A DNA stretch of 64,000 nt from Spirochaetales bacterium (GTDB lineage Bacteria > Spirochaetota > Spirochaetia > UBA9216): the NCBI GenBank assembly GCA_016839055.1, contig JAEKNX010000014.1, positions 68,051-132,050 of the forward strand, read 5' to 3'. Shown here one piece after another: positions 10,181-20,226 of the stretch. The notes under the pieces are model-generated. The model was given only the letters and a program-made list of their open reading frames with translations. It ran no database searches and was not told where the DNA came from. A program made the translations under genes and the position numbers. Within the stretch, counting starts at the first letter, position 1. Every line of letters starts with the position of its first letter.

Positions 10181-11627
10181 GATTCTTGTACTGTTGTTGA
10201 TATTAGCCGTTTCAGCCTGCGGCCTGATCGACCTTTCGGTACTCAATGTTACAAGCTTCCCCGAATACCCGGATGATATCCTCAAGCCGGGAGAGCAGAT
10301 ATCCCTGCTCTTTTCCGAGCCGGTCGACAGGCTCGGAACCGAGGCCCTCTTCCACCTTACCGGCCCGGAGGGTGACTGCGACGGCTTCTTCAGCTGGGAT
10401 GACTGCAGGATGGTATTCACCCCCGATAAAAAGATGCAGCCCGGATTCAGATACTGCCTTAAATCCGATGGAGATATAAAGACCCCGGATCGAAGATCAT
10501 TTTACATAAACATCCTCCTCCCATTTTACTATGAGACCGATGCTCTGCCGCCGCTTCTTGTCGACCGGAGTCCCGCGGACGCCGAGATTACCGGGACACA
10601 GCAGCCGATAGAGCTCTGCTTCAGTAAGCCCATCTTGAAAAACATCTTCGAACAGGAATTTACAATAAGCCCGCAGACCGCTCTTGAGTACCTCTGGAAC
10701 AGCGACAGTACCGGCCTGAGGATCAGTCCGAAAAAGCAGTGGCTGAATCTGCAGTTTTATAAATGGACCATCCCGACGGACATCACCGACCATGAGGGTA
10801 TACCAATGCCTGAAGTATATTCAGGATCTTTTCTCGTCCAGCTCGACACATCGGCACCCTCTGTGATCGGCGTGCATCCCGCCAGGGACAACGAAGACGG
10901 AACTTTTTCCATACTAACCGATCTCAACCCGGATGAGCTCACACTTGGTGAACATCTCTCCCTCTCATTCAGCGAGGCCGTGGACTTCGCGAGCCTCAGG
11001 CAGTCTTTCGGCATTGATCCGTCAATTGACGGCTACCTCCTTTCGCTGACTCCCGATACGGCTTTATACTACATCGATGAGAGTCTTCCTCCGGAAACCG
11101 AATACAGGCTGAGCCTCCAGAGAGGACTTAAAGATTTAAGCGGGAACGCCGCACCCGATGACTGGGAGATGATATTTACCCCGGACATACCGACTCAGCG
11201 TATTCTGACGGTTGAAATTGAGGATGAGAACGGTCTTTTTTTAAGCCTCGATGATACATATTTCGGTAATGACGGTTATATAGATACTCCCGGGCTGAAT
11301 TATTATGATACCCAGACCCTACATTTCATTATCAGCCTGTCCCGGCCCTACCCCGATACCGCGACATCGGAAAAAGCGGCCTTTTTATCACTCATAAGTC
11401 TAACTCCCGTTTTTCCGCCCGGAACCCTCTCCCCGACTCTGTTCTCATCGACATGGGAAGGACCCGACAGCCTCAGGCTCATCTACAACGGCCTCATCTC
11501 CTTCCTGCCGGACGAACCTGTTTACTATAAATTTAAAATAAGCCCTGGCGGCCGCGACTCGGCCGCTCCCGGCGGATCCTATCTAACAGACGGGATAGAG
11601 TTCACCTTCAAAGCGGAGGCACAGTGA
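10170..11627 (+). CDS. Lipoprotein with tandem SbsA/Big_5-type Ig-like domains
   Basis: VSAC lipobox; repeated I.L.FSEPVD / FSKPI / FSEAVD and Y.L......KDLSGN motifs. Confidence 0.8.
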   Translation: MSNKILVLLLILAVSACGLIDLSVLNVTSFPEYPDDILKPGEQISLLFSEPVDRLGTEALFHLTGPEGDCDGFFSWDDCRMVFTPDKKMQPGFRYCLKSDGDIKTPDRRSFYINILLPFYYETDALPPLLVDRSPADAEITGTQQPIELCFSKPILKNIFEQEFTISPQTALEYLWNSDSTGLRISPKKQWLNLQFYKWTIPTDITDHEGIPMPEVYSGSFLVQLDTSAPSVIGVHPARDNEDGTFSILTDLNPDELTLGEHLSLSFSEAVDFASLRQSFGIDPSIDGYLLSLTPDTALYYIDESLPPETEYRLSLQRGLKDLSGNAAPDDWEMIFTPDIPTQRILTVEIEDENGLFLSLDDTYFGNDGYIDTPGLNYYDTQTLHFIISLSRPYPDTATSEKAAFLSLISLTPVFPPGTLSPTLFSSTWEGPDSLRLIYNGLISFLPDEPVYYKFKISPGGRDSAAPGGSYLTDGIEFTFKAEAQ

Positions 11628-13159
11628 TGCATAAGCTCCGCGCCGCCGTGCTGCCGCCCATTCTCCTGCTGGCCTCCTGCGGCATCTTTTTCACGACTCC
11701 GCTTGAGGTTATTCGAAACAGCCCGAAGGCGACCTCTATCTGCGATCCCGACGGACTTGAGGTTTCAATCACCTTTAACAGGGAAGTAGAGCGGATAAGG
11801 ACCGAAGAGGCCTTCAGTCTGACCTCAGGCGGCATTGAACCTCCGGGACGCATTGAATGGGAAGAGAACAAGTTGATTTTTTCTCCCTACAAGGATCTTA
11901 ACCAGAACAGCGAATATCTTCTGACGGTCTCGACCAGGGCCGAAGATCTTGCAGGCAACTCGCTGACCGAAGACTTTACACTTACATTTCGAACCGGCAG
12001 GGAAGGACAGAGGCCTAACGTCACATCGGTTAGCCCCGCTCCCTTCTCCAATATATCGGACCCGCTCTGCCCGGTTGAGATCCTCTTCGATCAGGAAATT
12101 GACCGGGACTCGATTCTCGCGGGCTTCGCAATTTCTCCGGTTACAAGCGGAATCTCTACCCTGAGTACTGACGGACTCAGGTTCACCTTCACTCCGGCGG
12201 AAGAGCTTAAATGGCAGAAGGACTACAGCCTGACAATTTCAGAGAATGTCTGCACTACCGCAGGGCGCGCTCTGGATGAGGAATACTGCTGGAGCTTCCG
12301 GGTCGGAAGTGAAGAGATTCCGCCTGACCTTATCTCAGCATCCTCGGCCGATAAATCGGTGATACTGACCCCCTCCCCCTTGGGTAATCCTTCACTCGAT
12401 ACGAACACAGGCTGGGAGAAGGACGGGGACATCCTCCTCGTCTTCTCCGAAGAGGTTGACAAAAACAGCACCGAGTCCGCCGTCACCATTGAGCCGGCTG
12501 TGCCCTTCACCATCAGCTGGGACGACGAGATGACACCTTCCGAGATGGTAATCAGCTGGGACGAGAACCTCGAATGGAAGAAGCTGTACCGACTCTCATT
12601 ATCTACAGCGCTTAAGGACCTTCAGGGAAACAATATGGAAGAACAGAAGATTTATTATCTCTACGTCGACGGAGTCCGCTCGAGGCCTCCGGCCCTCTGC
12701 AGAGTTAATCTCATCCCGGACCAGGCGGCCGTCGTCACTCTCTTCGACGCGCAGACGCCGGCAAACGGCTGCGACAGTGATCTCATCCTCGACACAACCG
12801 TCGGAGACGCGCTTCAGTCGCCCTTCTATATTGATTATTACTTCGCTCTCGCCGAAACCGCGGAACTTCCGTTTTTCGGCTTTATCTTGAACTACCTGAT
12901 AAGTCCCGATGACTCCTGCATCTCTGTAACATACCTGAACTTTCAACTTTTTAATCCGGGGGCTCCTATGACTCCGGCCGCGAACCCAAAACCTGTACCC
13001 GGAGCCGGGCAGGCAGTTGTCAGATTAATCTGCTCGGTCACCGACAGCAAGAGTACGAGCGGCAGGGTTCTCTTTCAGGTTTTCAGGGATCTTAAAGACA
13101 GCCTTGGCAACAGGATGGAGACTGACTGGAGGATGGAGCTCTTCGATGAAGATAATTGA
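11624..13159 (+). CDS. Lipoprotein with tandem SbsA/Big_5-type Ig-like domains
   Basis: LLASC lipobox; ISITFNREVE-like, AEDLAGNSL, ILFDQEID, FSEEVD, KDLQGN, KDSLGN repeats. Confidence 0.8.
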   Translation: MMHKLRAAVLPPILLLASCGIFFTTPLEVIRNSPKATSICDPDGLEVSITFNREVERIRTEEAFSLTSGGIEPPGRIEWEENKLIFSPYKDLNQNSEYLLTVSTRAEDLAGNSLTEDFTLTFRTGREGQRPNVTSVSPAPFSNISDPLCPVEILFDQEIDRDSILAGFAISPVTSGISTLSTDGLRFTFTPAEELKWQKDYSLTISENVCTTAGRALDEEYCWSFRVGSEEIPPDLISASSADKSVILTPSPLGNPSLDTNTGWEKDGDILLVFSEEVDKNSTESAVTIEPAVPFTISWDDEMTPSEMVISWDENLEWKKLYRLSLSTALKDLQGNNMEEQKIYYLYVDGVRSRPPALCRVNLIPDQAAVVTLFDAQTPANGCDSDLILDTTVGDALQSPFYIDYYFALAETAELPFFGFILNYLISPDDSCISVTYLNFQLFNPGAPMTPAANPKPVPGAGQAVVRLICSVTDSKSTSGRVLFQVFRDLKDSLGNRMETDWRMELFDEDN

Positions 13160-16100
13160 AGCAATCCTCCGCCGCCCGCTAGGAACCATGATGCTCTGCA
13201 TCGGGCTGTCTTTAGGCGGAGTATGGGCCGGTTTAAACATGAGACTCGACTTTCTTCCCGATTTCTCGGTTCCGAAGCTTACGGTAATAGCGCCCTACCA
13301 GGGACTTCCGGCGGATGAAATACGAACCCTAATAACGATTCCCCTTGAAGATTCTCTCTCCTCTCTCGGAGGCCTCAAAAACATAAAAAGCCTCTCACGT
13401 GACGGGCTATCACTTATCGAGCTGGAGTTCCCCTGGGGAACAGACCGGACCCTCGCAGGGATTCACTGCCGTGAGGTCATCGATCTGGCCTACCTGAGCC
13501 TTCCATCGGAGGCACCGAAGCCTCAGGTGCTCGCCGCGGATCCCGGAGATCTGCCGATTATCACCCTGGCCGTCTACCCCAAAAGCGGCAGTCTGGCTAT
13601 GGCAAGAAGGCTTGCCGGACGGGAGCTCCGCTCCAGGCTTCAGCGCATCGAGGGGGTAGGCTCAATACAGGTTGCAGGAGGGAGGGAGGAGGAGATACAT
13701 ATCAACGCGGATCCCAACCTCCTTGCAGGAAGAGGATATTCGCTTCCGGCCCTGAGCCGGGCTCTCGAAGCATCAAACATCGACTTTCCTGCCGGCACCC
13801 TGACAGAGGGAAGCCTCGAATATCTTGTAAAAACAAAGGCAAGGACAGAGAACCTCCGGGAGCTTGAAAACCTATATCTTCCCGGAGCAGAAGACGGCCT
13901 CTCAGGCTCAATTCAGCTCAAAAATGTCGCCGCGCTCGAATATGGTAAGAGCAAACAGACCTCTTTCTTCTACGCCTGGTCGGAAAGACGCAAGGCGGAA
14001 GAAGGAATAAGGGTAATGATAAGACGGCGGGGGGGCTTCTCACCCAGAAAAATGGCCGAGAATATAAACGGCGAGCTGGAGGAAATCCAGCGCAGCTTCG
14101 GCCGGGATCTGGACATAGTACTGCTGACTGACAGGTCGACCGCCCTGGACCGCTCCCTCAGGGATCTTCTGACCTCTCTCATCCTCGGTTCTCTAATTGC
14201 TTTTTTCATCCTGCTGCTCTTCATGAGGAACCTTTCTCAATCACTCATCCTCCTGTTCTCGCTGCCTTCCTCCCTGCTGTGGGCCCTTCTTCTGCTCTCA
14301 CTATGCGGGAAGAGTCTTAATCTGATGAGCCTCGGAGGGCTCGCGCTGGGGGTCGGGATGGTAGTTGATAATTCAATTGTCGTCACCGAACGCCTCGCGA
14401 GAATGACTATAAGAGGGGAAGAAAGAAGACTGAGAATTAAAACCATCGCCGAAGCGGTAAGCTCACTCGCACCCTCACTCATCGGCTCGACGGTCACAAC
14501 GGTGATTGTGTTCACCCCGCTTCTCATGGTAAGAGGACTCGCGGGCTCAATATTCGGCGACCTCGGCCTGAGCGTCATCTTCGCGCTCTTGTCTTCCCTG
14601 ATACTTTCGCTGACGGCGATTCCGGTACTCTACCTCCTGTTAAATCCAGCTGCAAAAATGAGAAAAAAACGCAGCCGGTTTTTTCCCTTCCTTAGAAAGG
14701 CTCTAAGGCTCAGCCTTCGTCATCCGGCCGCGGTGACGATCATCATCATCCTGCTCAGTGTTTCCGGTTTTTCACTTGCTGCTAAGCTGCCCAGAGAGGT
14801 AATCCCCCCGCTTAACGAAGGAAGGCTCAGCTGCTGTGTTCAGATGCCGCCGGGAACCAGCCTTGAGGCAGTCAGAAATCTCGCCGTCTCTCTAACAGAA
14901 ATTATTGCCGAGATCCCTGAGATAAAAGAAATTCACAGCTGGGCAGGGGGAGAGATAGGCGATCCGTATTACCTCAGTTCAACAAACGAGGCTGCCGAAA
15001 TAATCCAGCTGAGACTTATTTTTCCGCTTGATACTGTCGTGGAGACTCTCTCGGTAAAACTTGAGGAGATAATAAAACCGGAAGGGTGCAGTTTCATGGT
15101 TCTGCCGGAGGAAAACATTCTCGAAAATCTTCTGGGATTTAAATCAGGACAGGACTGGGTAGTTAAGGGCGATGAGCCCGATGATGTCAGAAAAGAAGCG
15201 GCGGCCCTGCTATTACGCCTTGCCGAGATCCAGGATGAGGGGATGCTGCCGGAACTCCGTCCCGGGGAAGAAAAGACCCTAATCAGGCTGTATCCGGACA
15301 GGGAGGCCCTGGTTGCAGCCGGAATAGACCTGCCCTCCCTCTCGAGACAGATTGGATACGCTCTCTACGGCAGCGTACCTACAAGAATCATTACCGAGGG
15401 ACGCGAAATTGATGTAAGGGTCCGGGTTAGAGAGGATGACAGGGACACAAAGGCCGATATTCTGGGCCTTACGCTTCCGGGCGGCGGCAGAGAGATGATC
15501 AGGGTCGGAAACCTCGTCACCCTCAGCGAAGAGGCAGCCCTGCCTTATCTTCTGCGAGAGAACCGCAAAGATTTGGGCGTTATTCACTTTCCCCGGAAGC
15601 CCGGGCCGGAGACAAGGGCCATCCTGACTGAGGGAAAAGCCTCGCCCCGAGATATTCCGGTGATAGAGACGCAGGCGGTCGAGCTTCTTAGCCTGTTCAT
15701 CCTGGCCCTAATGCTGCTGTATCTCTGCCTCGGTATCCAGTTTGAATCCTTTTCAATCCCCGTCCTCCTGATGCTGAGTGTTCCCCTCGGAGCCGCGGGA
15801 ATCTCCGCCTCGCTCGCGGTGAGCGGCGGTTCGATAAACCTCAACTCCTGCCTCGGAATCCTCGTTATAATGGGAATATCGGTGAATAATGGAATTCTTC
15901 TGTATGAGGAAAGCTCATTCAGGTTAAAAAAAACGGGCGCCACGGCGACAGGCGCGCTCTACCGGGGGACAGCCTCCAGACTGCCCCCGATAATAATGAC
16001 AAGCCTTACGACTGTCATGGCCCTTCTGCCTCTGGCAATAGATCCGAGAGGAACTTCAAGCCAAGCATCCCTTGCTGTCGCGGTGATAGGAGGCCTGTGC

Positions 16101-16187
16101 GCGGCTACAATTCTGTCGCTTCTACTTCTGCCGGGAATACTCCTGCTTCAGCTTAAAAACCGCAGGGGAAAACAGGATGCCAAGTAA
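13146..16187 (+). CDS. RND (AcrB/MdtB-like) permease subunit 1
   Basis: Start MKIIEAILRRP at 13146; GVGMVVDNSIVVTE (TM4), GISVNNGILL, RLPPIIMTSLTT. Confidence 0.9.
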   Translation: MKIIEAILRRPLGTMMLCIGLSLGGVWAGLNMRLDFLPDFSVPKLTVIAPYQGLPADEIRTLITIPLEDSLSSLGGLKNIKSLSRDGLSLIELEFPWGTDRTLAGIHCREVIDLAYLSLPSEAPKPQVLAADPGDLPIITLAVYPKSGSLAMARRLAGRELRSRLQRIEGVGSIQVAGGREEEIHINADPNLLAGRGYSLPALSRALEASNIDFPAGTLTEGSLEYLVKTKARTENLRELENLYLPGAEDGLSGSIQLKNVAALEYGKSKQTSFFYAWSERRKAEEGIRVMIRRRGGFSPRKMAENINGELEEIQRSFGRDLDIVLLTDRSTALDRSLRDLLTSLILGSLIAFFILLLFMRNLSQSLILLFSLPSSLLWALLLLSLCGKSLNLMSLGGLALGVGMVVDNSIVVTERLARMTIRGEERRLRIKTIAEAVSSLAPSLIGSTVTTVIVFTPLLMVRGLAGSIFGDLGLSVIFALLSSLILSLTAIPVLYLLLNPAAKMRKKRSRFFPFLRKALRLSLRHPAAVTIIIILLSVSGFSLAAKLPREVIPPLNEGRLSCCVQMPPGTSLEAVRNLAVSLTEIIAEIPEIKEIHSWAGGEIGDPYYLSSTNEAAEIIQLRLIFPLDTVVETLSVKLEEIIKPEGCSFMVLPEENILENLLGFKSGQDWVVKGDEPDDVRKEAAALLLRLAEIQDEGMLPELRPGEEKTLIRLYPDREALVAAGIDLPSLSRQIGYALYGSVPTRIITEGREIDVRVRVREDDRDTKADILGLTLPGGGREMIRVGNLVTLSEEAALPYLLRENRKDLGVIHFPRKPGPETRAILTEGKASPRDIPVIETQAVELLSLFILALMLLYLCLGIQFESFSIPVLLMLSVPLGAAGISASLAVSGGSINLNSCLGILVIMGISVNNGILLYEESSFRLKKTGATATGALYRGTASRLPPIIMTSLTTVMALLPLAIDPRGTSSQASLAVAVIGGLCAATILSLLLLPGILLLQLKNRRGKQDAK

Positions 16188-19161
16188 AAACTTTCACGAA
16201 AGCCGCGTTAGATCACGCCTCCTGCTTATCGGCCTGCTCGCGGTATCGGTAATCTTCATCAGCCGGGGAACCTTCGGAGGCCGGGGCGGAGATGAGGGAA
16301 GAATGGCGGTAATATGCCGGTATTACGGGCTTAGTCCCGAAGTAATTGAGCAGACAATAACCCTGCTGATGGAAGAATCCATAGCCGAACTGCCGGGAAT
16401 AGAAGAACTTTCGGCGTCCAGCGAATTTTCGGAATCCAGAATCGATTTAAAGCTGTCCCCGTCCACGAACCCCGATGATTTCCTATTGGAGCTGAGAGAA
16501 AGGGTAGACCGAAGCTATGCTTTTATTTCAAAGACAAGCCCCGCAATCCAAAAACCCGTTATAGTCACCTCCGGCCGACAGCAGAATGCTGTCTTCTCGG
16601 TGTCGTTCTCAAAGGACACCGAGTCATCACTAAGCCTTCGCCCCTTCATAGAAAACGAGGTAAAACCGTCATACGCACGCATAGGCGGACTCGGGGAGAT
16701 AAACGTAACCGGCGGGGCTATGCTGGAGGTTCATGTCAAAGTCGATCCGGACAGGGCATCTACCGCAGGCTTTGGCAGCTCTGATATCGCATCCATCATC
16801 CAGAGTGCAAACCTGTATCAGAGTGAGGGGGAACTCGATGACGGAAGAATGAGAATCCCTGTGACAATGGAAGCCAGGCTCAAGACCTTAGAGGCTATCC
16901 GGGACCTACCCATCGGCCGTGCTATGAAGCTCGGCAGCATTGCCGACATAAATTACGCCTGGCGAGAACCTGAAGATGTGAGCAGGCTCCAGGGAACCGA
17001 AAGGGTAAGCCTCCACGTTAAAAGCTCATCTCCAAGGCTTATCTCCATTTCGGCTCAACTGCGAAAGGAGACTGAGAAATGGGAAGAAAAAGGATTTAAC
17101 GCGGATATAATCTTTGACCAGGGCAGAGAGCTGGAGAAATCATTTCGGCGGATTGCCGCCGCCCTCCTTCTCGGTATGCTTCTATCAGGGAGTAGCCTCG
17201 TCCTGTTCGGCACCGAAGGCCGCCGAATCCTGCTTCTCTCGGCGGGGCAGCCGGTACTGCTTATTACAACTCTCGGCCTCCTGTCGGCGGCAGAGATCCC
17301 CTTCGATCACTTCCTGCTTGCCGGCATTGCAATAGGAACAGGGATGGTCCTCGATTGCGCCCTGCTGCTGACCGAATCGATAAACCGCCGCGGCCATGGA
17401 GGCCTCAGGGAAATATCCCCGGCGCTTATTTCCTCAACCCTCAGCACCCTCCTTGCCCTCCTGCCTGTGTTTCCGCTGAACCGGGAGATTCCCGGCATTC
17501 TGCCGCTTGTCCTCTCACTCGCTATAATGCTCGGCCTGTCGCTAATCCTGTCGATGGTCTTTATTCCGGCATTCTATCATCCAGAACCCTCCCTGGCCTC
17601 ATCTTTCCGGAGGCCTCTTCTTGACAGGCTGAAGGCAGGCATATTAAGAAGGAGCAGGAGAAACCCGCGGCTTTCCCTGATTCTGTATGCCGCAATTCTA
17701 TCGGCGGGAATCATCTGCCTCGCCTCGACCCCAATCAAACTCGATGAAGTCTTGAAGAACCCCGTAATATTTGCCCATCTGGAACTCGCCGAAGGCGAAA
17801 GTCTCCGTTCCTCGGATTCTAAAATCCGGGTCCTCGCAGAAGCTCTCGGCAGAGGCCCGGGAGTTGAAATGGTACAGTCCACCTCTAGGCGCTCCGGAGG
17901 AGATCTGTCTTTAAGATTTAATCCTGATAAAATAAAGAGAGAGGAAGTCCTTAAGTTCATGCGCGCTGCAGGCCGTGAGGTTCCGGGAGGTTTTCTCTAC
18001 ATCCCCGAAGGACGGGGGCGCGATAGCCTGCAGCTTGAAGTAGCGCTAACAGGGCCCGATCAAAACAGGCTTAAGAACATTGCCCGTGAGGCTCTCGGGG
18101 AGCTGCTGCACCACGATTGGGCTTTGGAAGGAGTACTTCATTTCAAGGATGATCCGCCGGCCCTCTATTACCTCCCCGACCGAAAGGCGCTAAGCAACGC
18201 GGGACTCTACCCAGCCGAACCCGCCCAATTTTTAAGGTGGAATCTCCAAGGGCCTGTTGCCGATAAATGGCAGGCCGACAGGCGGGAAAGGGACATAAGG
18301 GTAATGGCAGAGGACTCTCCCTTTCTTAGCCTGGACGATCTCAAGGCACTGACAATAGCAGGGCGGGGGGGAACCGGGCTCTACCGGCTCGATCAGCTGG
18401 GAAGCTTCATCCATACAACCGAAACATCGAGGATAAACCGGCTGAACCGGCAGCGCTCTGTCAGCTTCACTGCGGTATGCAGGAAAAGTGATCCGGCCAG
18501 GCTCAACGAGCTCATCTGGGCCGAACTCGATAAACTGCCCCTGCCTCCCGGATATGCCTTCATCCCGTCAGCCCGGCTGATGGAGAAACAGGAATTCTAT
18601 AGAAAACTATGGCGGCGCTTCGCGCTTACAGTTGTGCTGATATTCTTCCTCCTCAGCATCGAGAGAGAATCTCTCAGCCAGGCGGGCATCATCCTTCTTC
18701 CTCTGCCGCTGATTCTGGCTTTTCCTGTTATAATCCTGAGGATAAGCGGACAGAGTATAGGCTCAGAGGCCATCTTAGGCCTGATACTTCTTTCGGGAAT
18801 GGGAATAAATAACGGGATACTGATCTTAGACCGCCTTCCGCCGAAATCAAGCGGTTGGATCGGAATCAAATCCGCGGTTGAAGATCGATTTAACGGCCTC
18901 TTTCTGACGACAGTTACAACAATAACCGGCATATTACCGCTGCTTTTTACCGGAGAAGAGTTTTTCATAGGCCTTGGAACAGTCATAGCCTCCGGCCTTA
19001 TCGGCTCCTTCCTCGTAAGCCTGTTTATCTTCCCTGGACTGCTGCTTATCTTCCGAAGCAAAGGCAGGCCCTCAACCTCAGCCCCGCCGGCCTCTGTTTC
19101 GGAACTCCCCGGGGGTCATCCCGTTCTTCTCTTTAAATCCGGCATGAAACCGCTGAATTGA
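16177..19161 (+). CDS. RND permease subunit 2, strongly diverged
   Basis: RND layout (GLSPEVIEQTIT, INRLNRQRSV, GMGINNGILI); TM4 degenerate GMVLDCALLLTE. Confidence 0.85.
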   Translation: MPSKNFHESRVRSRLLLIGLLAVSVIFISRGTFGGRGGDEGRMAVICRYYGLSPEVIEQTITLLMEESIAELPGIEELSASSEFSESRIDLKLSPSTNPDDFLLELRERVDRSYAFISKTSPAIQKPVIVTSGRQQNAVFSVSFSKDTESSLSLRPFIENEVKPSYARIGGLGEINVTGGAMLEVHVKVDPDRASTAGFGSSDIASIIQSANLYQSEGELDDGRMRIPVTMEARLKTLEAIRDLPIGRAMKLGSIADINYAWREPEDVSRLQGTERVSLHVKSSSPRLISISAQLRKETEKWEEKGFNADIIFDQGRELEKSFRRIAAALLLGMLLSGSSLVLFGTEGRRILLLSAGQPVLLITTLGLLSAAEIPFDHFLLAGIAIGTGMVLDCALLLTESINRRGHGGLREISPALISSTLSTLLALLPVFPLNREIPGILPLVLSLAIMLGLSLILSMVFIPAFYHPEPSLASSFRRPLLDRLKAGILRRSRRNPRLSLILYAAILSAGIICLASTPIKLDEVLKNPVIFAHLELAEGESLRSSDSKIRVLAEALGRGPGVEMVQSTSRRSGGDLSLRFNPDKIKREEVLKFMRAAGREVPGGFLYIPEGRGRDSLQLEVALTGPDQNRLKNIAREALGELLHHDWALEGVLHFKDDPPALYYLPDRKALSNAGLYPAEPAQFLRWNLQGPVADKWQADRRERDIRVMAEDSPFLSLDDLKALTIAGRGGTGLYRLDQLGSFIHTTETSRINRLNRQRSVSFTAVCRKSDPARLNELIWAELDKLPLPPGYAFIPSARLMEKQEFYRKLWRRFALTVVLIFFLLSIERESLSQAGIILLPLPLILAFPVIILRISGQSIGSEAILGLILLSGMGINNGILILDRLPPKSSGWIGIKSAVEDRFNGLFLTTVTTITGILPLLFTGEEFFIGLGTVIASGLIGSFLVSLFIFPGLLLIFRSKGRPSTSAPPASVSELPGGHPVLLFKSGMKPLN

Positions 19162-20208
19162 GCCGAATCCAGCCTCAAGGGCCACGGCTTCCACTGTAAT
19201 ATTACTGCTGATGAGCCTCTTCTCTGCAAAGCCCAGACGCGATAGAATTATTTCCTCATGAATACTGCGGCCTAAGACCCTTCGAAAGCGCATCTCGAGG
19301 GTCCGCCTTGATACATTAAGATATTCCGCAACCTCTCTTACCCCTAGCCCTCGCCGGGCACTTGTCCTTATATAATTCACAGCTTCTCTTATCAGCGGAT
19401 CGGGGCTTACGAAGATACGAGTAGACTCGCGTTCGGCTATCCCCTTGGGCCTGACGAGAATTTCGGAAGTATAGGTCTGCCCGTGTGACCGCCGGGTGAG
19501 AAGCGACTCCAGGAGTTCGGCAGCACGGTAGCCTATCTGTTCACAGTCAAGCTGAACACTCGAGAGGGCGGGTTCGGCCAGCTCGCAGAGGATGTCTTCA
19601 TTATCTACGCCGAGAATGGCAAGACCGGCCGGCACGGAGATTCCGAGCTGCCTGCACACCGAGGTTAATTTAACACCGGCGGTATCATTACAGGCAAATA
19701 CGGCTCCCGGCTGCGGCAGGGTAAGCAGCCATTCATTAAGCGACTCGGAGCGGTCAAGCTCTTCCCACCATTCAAGGCTGCGCTCAAAAACCGGTATTTC
19801 CTCCGCTCCTGTGGCATCGGCAAATCCCATGCGCCTCTTCTTAGACCAGCCTACCTTTTCAACACCGCAGAACGCGTAGTTTGAAAACCCCCGTTCCTTA
19901 AGATGAAGTCCGGCCTTGCGCCCTGTGAGGTAATCATCGTTGTTAACCTGGCAAAACGCGCTCCGGCTATAGGCTCCGGCAACGTCCACTACCGGCTTTC
20001 CAAGGCCGGCGAAGAGGTCCGCGTCAGTGCTTGACTCTATCCTCGTGATTATTCCGTCGCCATCCCAGCCTGTGATGTCGTCCAGCCGGCCGAACATCCA
20101 TCCATAACCTGAAAGGTTCCAGCCCTTCTCCTTCGCAAACCGGACTACGCCGCGGGCTATTCCGTGCTCATAGTAGTCGTTTATTCCCATGCAGAGCGCT
20201 ATATTCAT
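19078..20208 (-). CDS. XylR-type regulator (LacI-like sugar-binding domain plus AraC HTH)
   Basis: AVFACND, ILGVDNE, ALSSV, C-terminal AraC HTH (SRRTLEMRFR...AGFGS...GMTPGEFR). Confidence 0.9.
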   Translation of the reverse strand: MNIALCMGINDYYEHGIARGVVRFAKEKGWNLSGYGWMFGRLDDITGWDGDGIITRIESSTDADLFAGLGKPVVDVAGAYSRSAFCQVNNDDYLTGRKAGLHLKERGFSNYAFCGVEKVGWSKKRRMGFADATGAEEIPVFERSLEWWEELDRSESLNEWLLTLPQPGAVFACNDTAGVKLTSVCRQLGISVPAGLAILGVDNEDILCELAEPALSSVQLDCEQIGYRAAELLESLLTRRSHGQTYTSEILVRPKGIAERESTRIFVSPDPLIREAVNYIRTSARRGLGVREVAEYLNVSRRTLEMRFRRVLGRSIHEEIILSRLGFAEKRLISSNITVEAVALEAGFGSIQRFHAGFKEKNGMTPGEFRNRGRRG

Positions 20209-20226
20209 CGGCGCCTCCCCTTTCTG

